IMG/VR virus record: IMGVR_UViG_3300037153_000221
Coordinates: 3,590 to 67,589 of that record
DNA from: a virus
Reading direction: 5' to 3' (one strand)
Length of the DNA stretch: 64,000 nucleotides
Shown: positions 19,582-27,829 of the stretch, in pieces
How positions within the stretch are numbered: position 1 is the first letter of the stretch
How the letters are laid out: every line of letters begins with the position of its first letter
Notes under the pieces: generated by a model
Told to the model about the DNA's origin: nothing
The model's input: only the letters and a program-made list of their open reading frames with translations
Databases searched by the model: none
Position numbers and translations under genes: made by a program

Positions 19582-19870
19582 TCATGTCATCCCACATCAT
19601 GGCCTGCTCGCGCAAGCCGGTGATCGCTTCCTCGACGGTCTCGGCGCCCTGTGTGACGAGCGGAAGCGCGGCCGGGGTGTCCGCGCGTCGTCCTTGCGCG
19701 ATCCACCAGTTGTTGTTCGTGCCCTCACGAGGTGACACGATGTAGGTCCAGCCAGGCAGTCCGAGATCCCTCGGCTGGCGAGAACCCAGCGGCTGTTGCG
19801 GCGTAGTCAAGCTCCGTCCTCCAAACGGTTCAGTGTCGCGTCCTGCGACAGTATATAGGACATCCCCCAC
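19562..19870 (-). CDS. Hypothetical protein
   Basis: ORF in the leftward operon; start uncertain. Confidence 0.4.
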   Translation of the reverse strand: MGDVLYTVAGRDTEPFGGRSLTTPQQPLGSRQPRDLGLPGWTYIVSPREGTNNNWWIAQGRRADTPAALPLVTQGAETVEEAITGLREQAMMWDDMNGPFQQ

Positions 19871-19885
19871 GTTCGTGCATAACGA

Positions 19886-19908
19886 GAAAAGGGGGCCGAA
19901 GCCCCCTT
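19886..19908 (-). terminator. Intrinsic terminator
   Basis: GGGGGC stem with a UUCG loop on the minus strand, followed by a U-run; downstream of 19943..20728. Confidence 0.65.
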
Positions 19909-19942
19909 CCCGTCCAGTCTGCGGCTGATCGCCGAACTTCAG

Positions 19943-20728
19943 TTAGGCCGCTGCCGCCTCGGCCGCCGCGTCCGCCGCCTCGGCCTCGGCCTTGGCCGCG
20001 ATGTCCTCGTCGCCGTCCTGGGTGAACGGGTCGGCGGTCGCCTCGCGCTCGGTCTGGCTGGACGGCTTGGGCGTCGCGGCGGCGCCGTCCTGCTGCTTGC
20101 CCGTCTTGGCGTTGCCCTTGGCGTTGGACGCGGCCTTGGTGGCGGCGGGCTTCGGCTCGGCCTTGGTCTCGGCGGGCTTCTCGGCCTCCGGCTCCGGCGC
20201 GGGTGTCGGCTCGGGCGCCGGGGTCGGCTCCGGGGTCGGCTCCGGATCGGGCTGGACGCTCTCGCCCTTCAGCGCCGCCTCGGCGGCGTCCAGCAGGCGA
20301 AGCTCGGGCGTGACCTTCTCCGAGATCTTGTCGCGCTGCTCGATGGCCTTCGCCAGCGCCTTCTCGGCGTCGCTGACGGCGCCCTCGGCCTCGCGCAGAC
20401 CCGCCGTGACGGACTCGCGTCGAGCGCGGATCGCCTGGAGCGGCGTCATGTCGCGGACGGTGCTGGTCGCCTGCGGCTGCGGCTTGGGCTGTGCCTGCGG
20501 CTGCGCCTTGCTCGCGGCGGGCTTGGCGTTGGCGGTGGACTTGGCGCCGGACTTGCGTCCGGTGTTCGAGGGCGTCTTGCCGGACCGTCCGCCCGTCGTG
20601 GCCCGCATCCGGCGAAGCTGCTGGTACACGCCGTTGGTGGTGATGCCCAGCGCCTCCGCGATCTGCGTCGCGTTCTTCCCCTGCTCCAGAAGGTTCTGGA
20701 TCTGCTGCTGTCGCTCGGTGAGCGCCAT
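19943..20728 (-). CDS. HTH (LuxR/sigma4-like) + Ala/Lys/Pro-rich nucleoid-like protein
   Basis: 'LTERQQQI...GKNATQIAEALGITTNGVYQQL'; histone-like linker, coiled coil, PE repeats; AAGGAGG RBS. Confidence 0.75.
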   Translation of the reverse strand: MALTERQQQIQNLLEQGKNATQIAEALGITTNGVYQQLRRMRATTGGRSGKTPSNTGRKSGAKSTANAKPAASKAQPQAQPKPQPQATSTVRDMTPLQAIRARRESVTAGLREAEGAVSDAEKALAKAIEQRDKISEKVTPELRLLDAAEAALKGESVQPDPEPTPEPTPAPEPTPAPEPEAEKPAETKAEPKPAATKAASNAKGNAKTGKQQDGAAATPKPSSQTEREATADPFTQDGDEDIAAKAEAEAADAAAEAAAA

Positions 20729-20848
20729 GTCTACTTCCTCCTTGCGGTGGTGTTCCGCGTTCTAGTGATGGCTGTGCGCCACCGATCCAGGTCCAGTGTA
20801 GACCCGGATCGGCGTCACGTCCAGTTCTTATATACGACGGTACGGCTA

Positions 20849-21037
20849 CTACTTGGTGACGTTGCCCGTCGCCCCGCATACGGGACAGGCAACCTTGAGC
20901 GCGGTCTGGCCCAGCACGCCCGTGCCGTCGCAGTGTGCGCACGGCTCGGTGTTGGCGGCTAGCGCCTCGGCGTGGGCGGAACCACAACCCCAGTCATCGA
21001 ACGGGAGTCCGATGTTCGCGTCGTTCCTGCTCACCAC
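20849..21037 (-). CDS. Small DnaJ-type zinc-finger protein
   Basis: CAHCDGTG...CPVCGATG. Confidence 0.55.
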   Translation of the reverse strand: MVSRNDANIGLPFDDWGCGSAHAEALAANTEPCAHCDGTGVLGQTALKVACPVCGATGNVTK

Positions 21038-21059
21038 TTCCTACCCATCTTGACCCTCC

Positions 21060-21368
21060 TTAGTCCACGCGCCATCCGGCCGCGAATACGGCCTCGGCGC
21101 TGTCGTAGTCCTCGTGATCCATGCCGCCGTCCTCGCCGGTCGCCAGGAAGGTGTTGAGGCGCCGGTCGAACATCAGCGTCTTCCAGATGGTCCAGCGCCG
21201 GTCGGGACTGGCGAGCATGACGCCAGGCTCGTGGTGGCTGCCACGAGTGCGGTTCATGAGCGGCAGCGCGTCATCGAGCGGCCAGTGATCGGGGGACTTC
21301 ATCATCAGGATGTCCGCCACCTCGCCCTGGATCTGCGGGTGGATTCTGCTCTCGTCCATATCGTTCAA
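21060..21368 (-). CDS. Hypothetical protein
   Basis: Good codon usage; ends GWRVD. Confidence 0.55.
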   Translation of the reverse strand: MNDMDESRIHPQIQGEVADILMMKSPDHWPLDDALPLMNRTRGSHHEPGVMLASPDRRWTIWKTLMFDRRLNTFLATGEDGGMDHEDYDSAEAVFAAGWRVD

Positions 21369-21381
21369 CTCTCGTTAGCGG

Positions 21382-22008
21382 TTAGTAGGTGCGACGGTCC
21401 GGGTCGTAGCGGACCTTGAGAAGCGGGAAGTCGTGGTTGACCGAGAAGTCGTACGGCTCGCCGAACGAGTCCGTGGCGCCGTGTAGCGCGCGCTCCTCGG
21501 CGGGCCGGTCCATCATCGGCGGCCAGTATTCGCACTCCTCCAGGTGGTGCGTGACGAGATCCGTGTGGATCACGACGCCCCAGTAGGTCCAGGACTCCTG
21601 CGGGAGCACCGGCAGCCCGTGCATGTCGGTGCCGCCGACCCAGGAAGCGTCCGCTGTGAAGTCCAGGATCTGGCCGTCTGGCGTGATGCACCAGGCGTGG
21701 TTGACGTAGGCGCCGTTGCCCAGCGTGTAGTAGCCCTCGACGTAGCGAAGCTCCGGGTCCGCCTTCGCGGCCTGCCAGGCGTTGTTGAAGCACTGCTGCA
21801 TCGGACCCTTGAGGTGTTCGTACTCGGGCGGGACCGGCGCGCCCGTCCAGAACGCGCCGTGCCGCAGGATCAGGTCGGCGCCGCCCTTGTAGTAATACTC
21901 CCAGCGGTCACCATCCCACTGCTCGCGGCGAAGCTCCAGTGCACGCTTGAACGCCATCTTGCCCGCCTCACCGGGCGGCAGGAGATCTCTGAACTTGAAT
22001 CCGCTCAT
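21382..22008 (-). CDS. Transglutaminase/papain-like Cys-His-Asp protein
   Basis: 'QCFNNA...YVEG...HAWC...ILDFT'. Confidence 0.5.
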   Translation of the reverse strand: MSGFKFRDLLPPGEAGKMAFKRALELRREQWDGDRWEYYYKGGADLILRHGAFWTGAPVPPEYEHLKGPMQQCFNNAWQAAKADPELRYVEGYYTLGNGAYVNHAWCITPDGQILDFTADASWVGGTDMHGLPVLPQESWTYWGVVIHTDLVTHHLEECEYWPPMMDRPAEERALHGATDSFGEPYDFSVNHDFPLLKVRYDPDRRTY

Positions 22009-23057
22009 GCGACGTTGGCCTCCGGGTCCTCGTTGGGGCGGTGCATCGGCTCGTCGTCGTCCAGATCCTCGTCCATGATGCGCTGGAGATCTTCGGCCAT
22101 CTCCGGGCGCGCGGCCAACTGCTCACGCACGGCGTCCCGGACATGGAACTGCTCCTCGGCGAACTGGCGCACCTCGTCGGGAAGCTCGGCGAACGGGTCC
22201 AGTCGCAGCATACGGCGGATGTGGTAGTCCACCAACATGCTCTCGCGGACCGTCATGTCGGTCTCGGCGATGAACTGACGCGCCCACTCGTGGTGCTGGT
22301 GACGCTCGTACTCCTTCGCCGCGCGCATCTTCAGCGCCTCCGGGTACGCCCAGGCGCCCTGGTAGTCGCAGAACGGGTCGTACATGTCGAACATCGTCTG
22401 GTACGAGATGCCGTGCTCGGCCACGCTGTCGTCGTCCAGGTTGCGGTCGGCGATGTGCGACCAGATGTCATGCCAGGCGTAGTCGAAGTCCGGACCCGTG
22501 TAGTTCGCGGCGAACCGGATCGCGTCATCGTTGACGAGCGTCACGCGCGGCTCGTTGGCGTAGAACTTGCCGGTGAGCGCGAGCACGTCCTTGTCGATCT
22601 CGACCACGGTGATGTGCTCGACGCCGGGCTTGGACAGCAGCGCCGCCACGAGACATCCCAACCCCAGTCCAGTGATAAGCACCCGGCCGTGGGCGTTGAC
22701 GAACGCATGGCCGTGCTCGTAGATCTCGGCCGGAGTGTCCGACATGATCGGGATGTAGCCGGGGTGCGGCGAGTCGGCGTCCACCACAGACCCGTCCTCG
22801 ATGTCCTCCTGCTCGCCCTTGGTGACCTTGCGAAGCAGCGTCACGTAGTGGCCGGGCGGGATCGTCCGGCGCAGGCGCTCCTCCGTGTTGACGCCACCCT
22901 GAGCGATGGCGACGGCCTTCGAGCGCCGGTAGTGCTCCTCGGTGATGTCGAAGTGCATGATGCGCCAGCGGCCCACCTCGTCGTCCTCGGTGATGAAGCG
23001 GCCGACGCGCGCAGCTTCGGCCAGGCGGTTCAGTTCCTCTACAGGCAGCGTCGCCAT
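22005..23057 (-). CDS. Class I SAM-dependent methyltransferase (spermidine-synthase-like)
   Basis: 'MSDTPAE', 'VLITGLGLG', 'VVEID', 'DA', 'DYAWHDIW'. Confidence 0.75.
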   Translation of the reverse strand: MATLPVEELNRLAEAARVGRFITEDDEVGRWRIMHFDITEEHYRRSKAVAIAQGGVNTEERLRRTIPPGHYVTLLRKVTKGEQEDIEDGSVVDADSPHPGYIPIMSDTPAEIYEHGHAFVNAHGRVLITGLGLGCLVAALLSKPGVEHITVVEIDKDVLALTGKFYANEPRVTLVNDDAIRFAANYTGPDFDYAWHDIWSHIADRNLDDDSVAEHGISYQTMFDMYDPFCDYQGAWAYPEALKMRAAKEYERHQHHEWARQFIAETDMTVRESMLVDYHIRRMLRLDPFAELPDEVRQFAEEQFHVRDAVREQLAARPEMAEDLQRIMDEDLDDDEPMHRPNEDPEANVA

Positions 23058-23251
23058 CAGGACTCCATCACGTCGATCAGGTAGTCCTCGGGGCGGATCG
23101 TGTACATCCCGCCCTCCCAGTTGATCTGCACGCCACGATCCACGACCGTCGTGGACTTGACCGTGCCGCGCTCGGTGAAGTCGATGGACGGGCCGACGCA
23201 CAAGTCGCCGGGCTGAAGGTCGATGGCGCGCTTGCTTACGACTGTAGTCAT
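23057..23251 (-). CDS. Small SH3-like hypothetical protein
   Basis: 'AIDLQPGDL'; translationally coupled. Confidence 0.5.
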   Translation of the reverse strand: MTTVVSKRAIDLQPGDLCVGPSIDFTERGTVKSTTVVDRGVQINWEGGMYTIRPEDYLIDVMES

Positions 23252-23523
23252 AGGTTCTCCTCGATCTCCTGAAGCTCTACGAGAGCGTTGATGATGACAT
23301 CGGGCACTGGCTCGCCCGTGTCGGTGTAGAAGTCGCCGATGCGGCGGATGATGTGCGTCTGGATGGCCAGGCACGCGCGCGAGAAGTCCGTGAACGCCGA
23401 CAGGTCTCGGAAGTCCTCGTCCTCGGGTACCAGTTCCTCCATCGTGCGCAGCCAGATGCCGCCTGTGCGCTGGGCGGCGGTGAGCAGCAACTGAAGTCGC
23501 TCCAAGCGGTCGGCGTCGCTCAT
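23248..23523 (-). CDS. Hypothetical protein
   Basis: ATGA-coupled downstream of ruvB. Confidence 0.5.
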   Translation of the reverse strand: MSDADRLERLQLLLTAAQRTGGIWLRTMEELVPEDEDFRDLSAFTDFSRACLAIQTHIIRRIGDFYTDTGEPVPDVIINALVELQEIEENL

Positions 23524-24653
23524 GCTGACAACTCCATCGCTCGCAAGACTCCGGCATTGGTGAGGAACCGCCCACCGTGGCCGACTTGCAGGTAGCCGCG
23601 CTCGATCAAGTACGGCTCGACGCGAAGCTGGATGGCCTTGGCGTCACGCGACTTGCCGATGGCGGTCGCAATCGTGGACACCGAAGCCTGGTAGGTGACG
23701 ACGCCCTGCGCTGTCTCGCGGCGAGCGTGGTTGAGCAGGAAGACAAGCATCCCCTGCATGTCTGCGGTCAGGCCGTCCGGCGTGACGCCGACGAGATCGT
23801 GCAGAACTTCCAACGCAAGTTCACGGGTAACGTGCGAGTCCGTGAGCATGGCGGCGTTCTTGAGGTAGTTGTTGATCTCGCGCGGCACACCTCGGGAAGC
23901 GCGAGCGAACACACGGGCGACCGGCTCGCCCATCGCCAGGCCAAGCTGGTCGGCGTTGCGGCGCGCGATGATCGTCATGTCGTCCTCGCTGTAGGGTGCG
24001 AGCAGCGGACGGATCGGGAAGCGGTTGATGAACGCATCGGGCAGCGCACCCTCGTCGGTGGTGGCGCCCATGATGGTGACGTGCGGGAACTGGAGGACGC
24101 CCGTGCCGGTCGGCAGTGTGAAGTCCTCCATCACCGAGAACAGCACCTCCGGCTGCGTGGACGAGTTGCGCCCACGACGATCCATGATCGCCTGCTGGTG
24201 CACCTCGTCAATGAATAGGATGTCGCCGTCCTGCATTACGCGCGAGAGTTCCAGCAGGGTGTCGGCGCTGATCGGCGCCTCAAGTTGGAACACCCGGCGC
24301 CCAAGCTCGTGAGCGATGACGTGCGCGAACGTCGTCTTGCCGGTGCCGGACCGACCGACGAGCAGGATGTGGTCCATGCGACGGCCACGGGAAACCGCGA
24401 CTTCAGTCATGCGCTTGAGCAGCGCCTTGGCCTTCTCCTGTCCGACGATCTGATCGAACGTGACGGGGCGAAGCTCGTTGCCGGAGCGGTCGGCCGTCGA
24501 GACCGGCTGGATCGGCGCTTGCGGCGCCTGCGGCTTGCGGATCGCGTCGCGGATCGCGCGCGTCTGATCCTTGAAGCGCTCGTAGGCGAGCCAGGCGGGC
24601 GTCGTGCCCTCGTCGCGCGGCTCGTCGGGGTTATCGGTCCAAAGCGGGTTCAC
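23520..24653 (-). CDS. ruvB: RuvB-like Holliday junction branch-migration AAA+ ATPase
   Basis: 'LRP.TF...VGQ', 'DHILL.G..GTGKTT.A..IA.EL', 'GDILFIDEVH', 'MEDF', 'GATT..G.L', 'SRGVPR', 'EPYLI..G'. Confidence 0.88.
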   Translation of the reverse strand: MNPLWTDNPDEPRDEGTTPAWLAYERFKDQTRAIRDAIRKPQAPQAPIQPVSTADRSGNELRPVTFDQIVGQEKAKALLKRMTEVAVSRGRRMDHILLVGRSGTGKTTFAHVIAHELGRRVFQLEAPISADTLLELSRVMQDGDILFIDEVHQQAIMDRRGRNSSTQPEVLFSVMEDFTLPTGTGVLQFPHVTIMGATTDEGALPDAFINRFPIRPLLAPYSEDDMTIIARRNADQLGLAMGEPVARVFARASRGVPREINNYLKNAAMLTDSHVTRELALEVLHDLVGVTPDGLTADMQGMLVFLLNHARRETAQGVVTYQASVSTIATAIGKSRDAKAIQLRVEPYLIERGYLQVGHGGRFLTNAGVLRAMELSA

Positions 24654-24686
24654 GTCACCTCCAAACGTTGACAGTGTAGCACCGGG

Positions 24687-25319
24687 CTACACCTCGTGTA
24701 CAGGGCAGGATTCGGTCCAGTCGTGTAGCACTGGACCACCGAATGTATCGGGCATACCGTTGCAGCCCTTGAGCCATTCGGACCAGGCGGTCCGCCACCA
24801 GATGCGACCCTTGCCGATGGCGGCGATGGCGGCGAAGTCCTTTGTGTCGTCGCGGAATTCGTTACGCTGCAACTCCAGTTCAGCGGAGAGGGCGGCACGC
24901 TCGGCCTCGGGCCGCTCGTGAGCCTTGGCGTTCAGGGCGTTCTGCTTCTCGCGCAGTTCAGCCCAGCGCTCCATGTCCACCCTGATATGCGACCAGAACT
25001 CGACGGGCATCGGGTCGCTGGACGCCTGGAGGAGCGGCATGAAGAACCACTCCATGCCGTTCCAGAACAGATCAGCGATGTGGTGCTCGCCGACGAACAC
25101 CTTGGCGGTGTCGGCGTCCAGCCAGTGCAGCTTCGGGCGAACTGGAGTCTCCATCTCGGCCTCCGGGTCGGTTGCGGGGAACCACATGCCGCAGTTGGGG
25201 CAGTCGATCAGGCCCTCGTCGTCTGCGACAGCGGTGAACACATGACCGCACCCGACCACGTACAACGGACCGTGGAGCGGGGGCGGCATGTGCGGGGAGT
25301 CGGGACAGCGGAACCTCAT
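24687..25319 (-). CDS. Zinc-ribbon-containing hypothetical protein
   Basis: CP...CGH...CPNCG. Confidence 0.55.
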   Translation of the reverse strand: MRFRCPDSPHMPPPLHGPLYVVGCGHVFTAVADDEGLIDCPNCGMWFPATDPEAEMETPVRPKLHWLDADTAKVFVGEHHIADLFWNGMEWFFMPLLQASSDPMPVEFWSHIRVDMERWAELREKQNALNAKAHERPEAERAALSAELELQRNEFRDDTKDFAAIAAIGKGRIWWRTAWSEWLKGCNGMPDTFGGPVLHDWTESCPVHEV

Positions 25320-25504
25320 GACGGCTTCTCCGACTCCGGCAATTCGGCGAGCGCGTCGATGATCGCCTCGCGCGGCGTGTCGCCGTAGCCACGACGCTGG
25401 TAGCCGTCGTCCATCGTGATGTGCGCTTCGTACGGGTAGTGCGGGGGGCGGTGGAAGAACACCTCCAGGCGAGCCTGAATGTGCATGGCGACGTGCTCCA
25501 TCAT
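25316..25504 (-). CDS. Hypothetical protein
   Basis: 'GYGDTPREAI'; coupled. Confidence 0.5.
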   Translation of the reverse strand: MMEHVAMHIQARLEVFFHRPPHYPYEAHITMDDGYQRRGYGDTPREAIIDALAELPESEKPS

Positions 25505-25980
25505 CGCACCCGCTGGATCGGCGTGACCATGTAGTAGTCATGGCGCGCCGGGAGTCCGCCGTCAGCGTTGCTGCGCAGGATCTCCAGGTGGCACGGCGCC
25601 CAGCCCGTGGACTTGCCGACGATGAACCGGCGCGTTGCCGACTCGGGCGTGTCCTGGACTTCGACGCGCCAGCCCTCCAGGCCCATCAGTTGGGGCGACT
25701 GGGAGTAGACGGCCTGCTCGTCGGCGTCCTCGCACGCGAGCTTGAGCATTTCGAGCACCGTCATGTAGACGTTCCAGGCGTCGGGCGTGCCGCGATCAAC
25801 GTCGGGCATCTCGTCCAGCCACTTCTCGTCCACCTTCAGGCGGCCGACAAGCTCGGCCAGGATGCGCTCGGTGCGCTCGGCGCACACGTCGTAGCCGAGG
25901 GTGGTCAGGTGGTCGCCGTGGTCCACGATGTACAGGCGCTGCTCGTCGTTACAGGTGACGTAGACTTCGAGCTTGCTCAC
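25501..25980 (-). CDS. Conserved phage hypothetical protein
   Basis: 'PQL.GLEGWRVEV...RRF.VGKSTGW.P.HLE...GG'. Confidence 0.6.
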   Translation of the reverse strand: MSKLEVYVTCNDEQRLYIVDHGDHLTTLGYDVCAERTERILAELVGRLKVDEKWLDEMPDVDRGTPDAWNVYMTVLEMLKLACEDADEQAVYSQSPQLMGLEGWRVEVQDTPESATRRFIVGKSTGWAPCHLEILRSNADGGLPARHDYYMVTPIQRVR

Positions 25981-26357
25981 TGGTTCACCTCCAGGGGTGT
26001 GTCGATTGATCGGATGAGCGCGTTCAGCTTGCGCTCCAGGTCGGTAACGCGCGACTCCAGTTCCGTGATGCGCTGGTTGTCGCTGCGCTCGCCGCCGCTC
26101 GGAGTGTCCTGACGGCGCGCCTTGTCGCGGACGATCTTGATGGTGTAGTTCTCGACCTTGCCGTCCTTGACGTACGGGTCGAAGGTCACCTCGACCACGC
26201 CGTTGACGGCATCGAACGTCTTGAGCACGTCCGTGATCGGCGTGCCGTCCAACTCGGTGGCGTAGACACGGTAGAGCGTCCAGCCACGACCGCCGCGCGT
26301 GCCCGTCTTCTCGACTTCGACGCGGTTGACGTTGATCTTGCGGGTGGTGCCGCTCAT
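25977..26357 (-). CDS. Paralogue of 14164..14622
   Basis: 'WTLYRVYAT..DG..I...LKTF...VEVT...YTIK...LESRV..LER'. Confidence 0.65.
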   Translation of the reverse strand: MSGTTRKINVNRVEVEKTGTRGGRGWTLYRVYATELDGTPITDVLKTFDAVNGVVEVTFDPYVKDGKVENYTIKIVRDKARRQDTPSGGERSDNQRITELESRVTDLERKLNALIRSIDTPLEVNQ

Positions 26358-26791
26358 GGAGTCTGGTGCTCCTTCGTAGTTGTGACGGGAGTTCCGTCTT
26401 GGGCGAATGTGGTGAACGTGTAGCCGTCGTAGTCCGGCAGGCGCCGGAGTTGACGGTGCACGTAGTGGATCTGCTCCACGCTCAGCGGCGCGGGCCTGTC
26501 GGACAGCACGATGGCGCCCGGCTTGAGGATTCTGAACTGACCCCACAGCCAGTAGTACATGATGGCCATGTTGCGCTCGTCATCGAAGTTGCCTTCGGCA
26601 CGGCGCGCGGCCTCGAACGTGGCCTCGGGGATGCCCGGCTCGCCGTCCATCTCGAAGATGTCCATGAACGAGAAGCCGAACTCGTCCAGCGCGATCTCCT
26701 CCAACGGCATCGCCGCGTCGCACTGGCGCATCACGATGGTGATGGGTTCGAGCGAGTCGGGCGGGTAGGTGGACACGCGCATGACCTTCAT
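26354..26791 (-). CDS. Hypothetical protein
   Basis: ATGA-coupled. Confidence 0.55.
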   Translation of the reverse strand: MKVMRVSTYPPDSLEPITIVMRQCDAAMPLEEIALDEFGFSFMDIFEMDGEPGIPEATFEAARRAEGNFDDERNMAIMYYWLWGQFRILKPGAIVLSDRPAPLSVEQIHYVHRQLRRLPDYDGYTFTTFAQDGTPVTTTKEHQTP

Positions 26792-27048
26792 GGCGTGTCC
26801 GGCCTCTCCGTGAGCGCGTCGATGCGGTCCTGCGGCACCGTCTTGTCGATCTCGGCGCCGATGGCGTTCAGTAGCCCCTGACTTGCGTCGTGGACTACCG
26901 CCCACGCCTCGTAGCCGTACAGACCGCCCATGTCGGCGTTGGCGAAGGCGCCCTGTCGGGTCAACTCGTCCGGCGTGAGCTTCGCGCCCTCCGGGTGCTC
27001 GGACGTGTAGTCCTCGTCGCTGATGTACAGCACGATCAGGTGCTTCAT
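26788..27048 (-). CDS. Hypothetical protein
   Basis: ATGA-coupled. Confidence 0.55.
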   Translation of the reverse strand: MKHLIVLYISDEDYTSEHPEGAKLTPDELTRQGAFANADMGGLYGYEAWAVVHDASQGLLNAIGAEIDKTVPQDRIDALTERPDTP

Positions 27049-27179
27049 CGGTCTCTCCGCATCCAGTCGAGTGCGAGGCAGATGGGGACTGCGATCACGG
27101 CGAGCGCCAGGAACACCACGATGGCCTGGGCGGACTCGTCGTTCAGGTTGAAGATGACGAACACGCGAGCGATCTCCAT
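27045..27179 (-). CDS. Small membrane protein
   Basis: Hydrophobic stretch AIVVFLALAVIAVPICLAL. Confidence 0.5.
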   Translation of the reverse strand: MEIARVFVIFNLNDESAQAIVVFLALAVIAVPICLALDWMRRDR

Positions 27180-27180
27180 G

Positions 27181-27399
27181 TCAGGACTCCAGTTCGGTCT
27201 TGGTTTCGCCGGGCACACCGTCAACCGTCCACGGGCACTTGTCGTCCGGGCGGTCACAGCGGGCGATGGCCGCGCCGGGCCACTGGAAGCCGCCCGCACG
27301 ACGTTCACGGACGATCTCTGCCTTCGTTCGACGGGTAGCACCGACGCGCGGACCGTCGCTGGTGAAGTCGTTGAAGTACACCTCGTGGTAGTGGGCCAT
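27181..27399 (-). CDS. Hypothetical protein
   Basis: Starts MAHYHEVY; TGATG-coupled. Confidence 0.45.
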   Translation of the reverse strand: MAHYHEVYFNDFTSDGPRVGATRRTKAEIVRERRAGGFQWPGAAIARCDRPDDKCPWTVDGVPGETKTELES

Positions 27400-27587
27400 C
27401 ACTTCACCTCGAACTTGTCGTAGTCGATGCCGACGAGCGTCATCTTGTTGTAGCGACCGGGAAGCCAGTCGCCCGTGAACTCGCGCCGGTCCTTCTTGGT
27501 GGCGAAGAACATGCAGACGAGATCGCCGCGCTCGGCGACGCCGTACAGCACGTACACCTTCTTCGCCTTCTTCGTCTTGGACTTCAC
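27399..27587 (-). CDS. Hypothetical basic protein
   Basis: Coupled. Confidence 0.5.
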   Translation of the reverse strand: MKSKTKKAKKVYVLYGVAERGDLVCMFFATKKDRREFTGDWLPGRYNKMTLVGIDYDKFEVK

Positions 27588-27829
27588 GGCTTCGCTCGCT
27601 TTCGTTTCTTCGCGTCCCTACGTAGGGACTTGAGTTGAGTGATGGTGAGCGCACGGGCAGCGTGCGCCTGCGCCACGTCGTAGTGACGCCTGAACTCGAC
27701 CAGGCGTGGGTCGCCGTCGAGATCCAAGGTGGTGACACGGAAGAAGAACGGCCGCGAGTAGCGGCCGTCCTCCTTCACATCGGACACGATGACGCGCCCG
27801 ATCTTCGTTCCTTCGGGCGGGATGCTCAT
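27584..27829 (-). CDS. Hypothetical protein
   Basis: ATGA-coupled. Confidence 0.5.
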   Translation of the reverse strand: MSIPPEGTKIGRVIVSDVKEDGRYSRPFFFRVTTLDLDGDPRLVEFRRHYDVAQAHAARALTITQLKSLRRDAKKRKRAKP

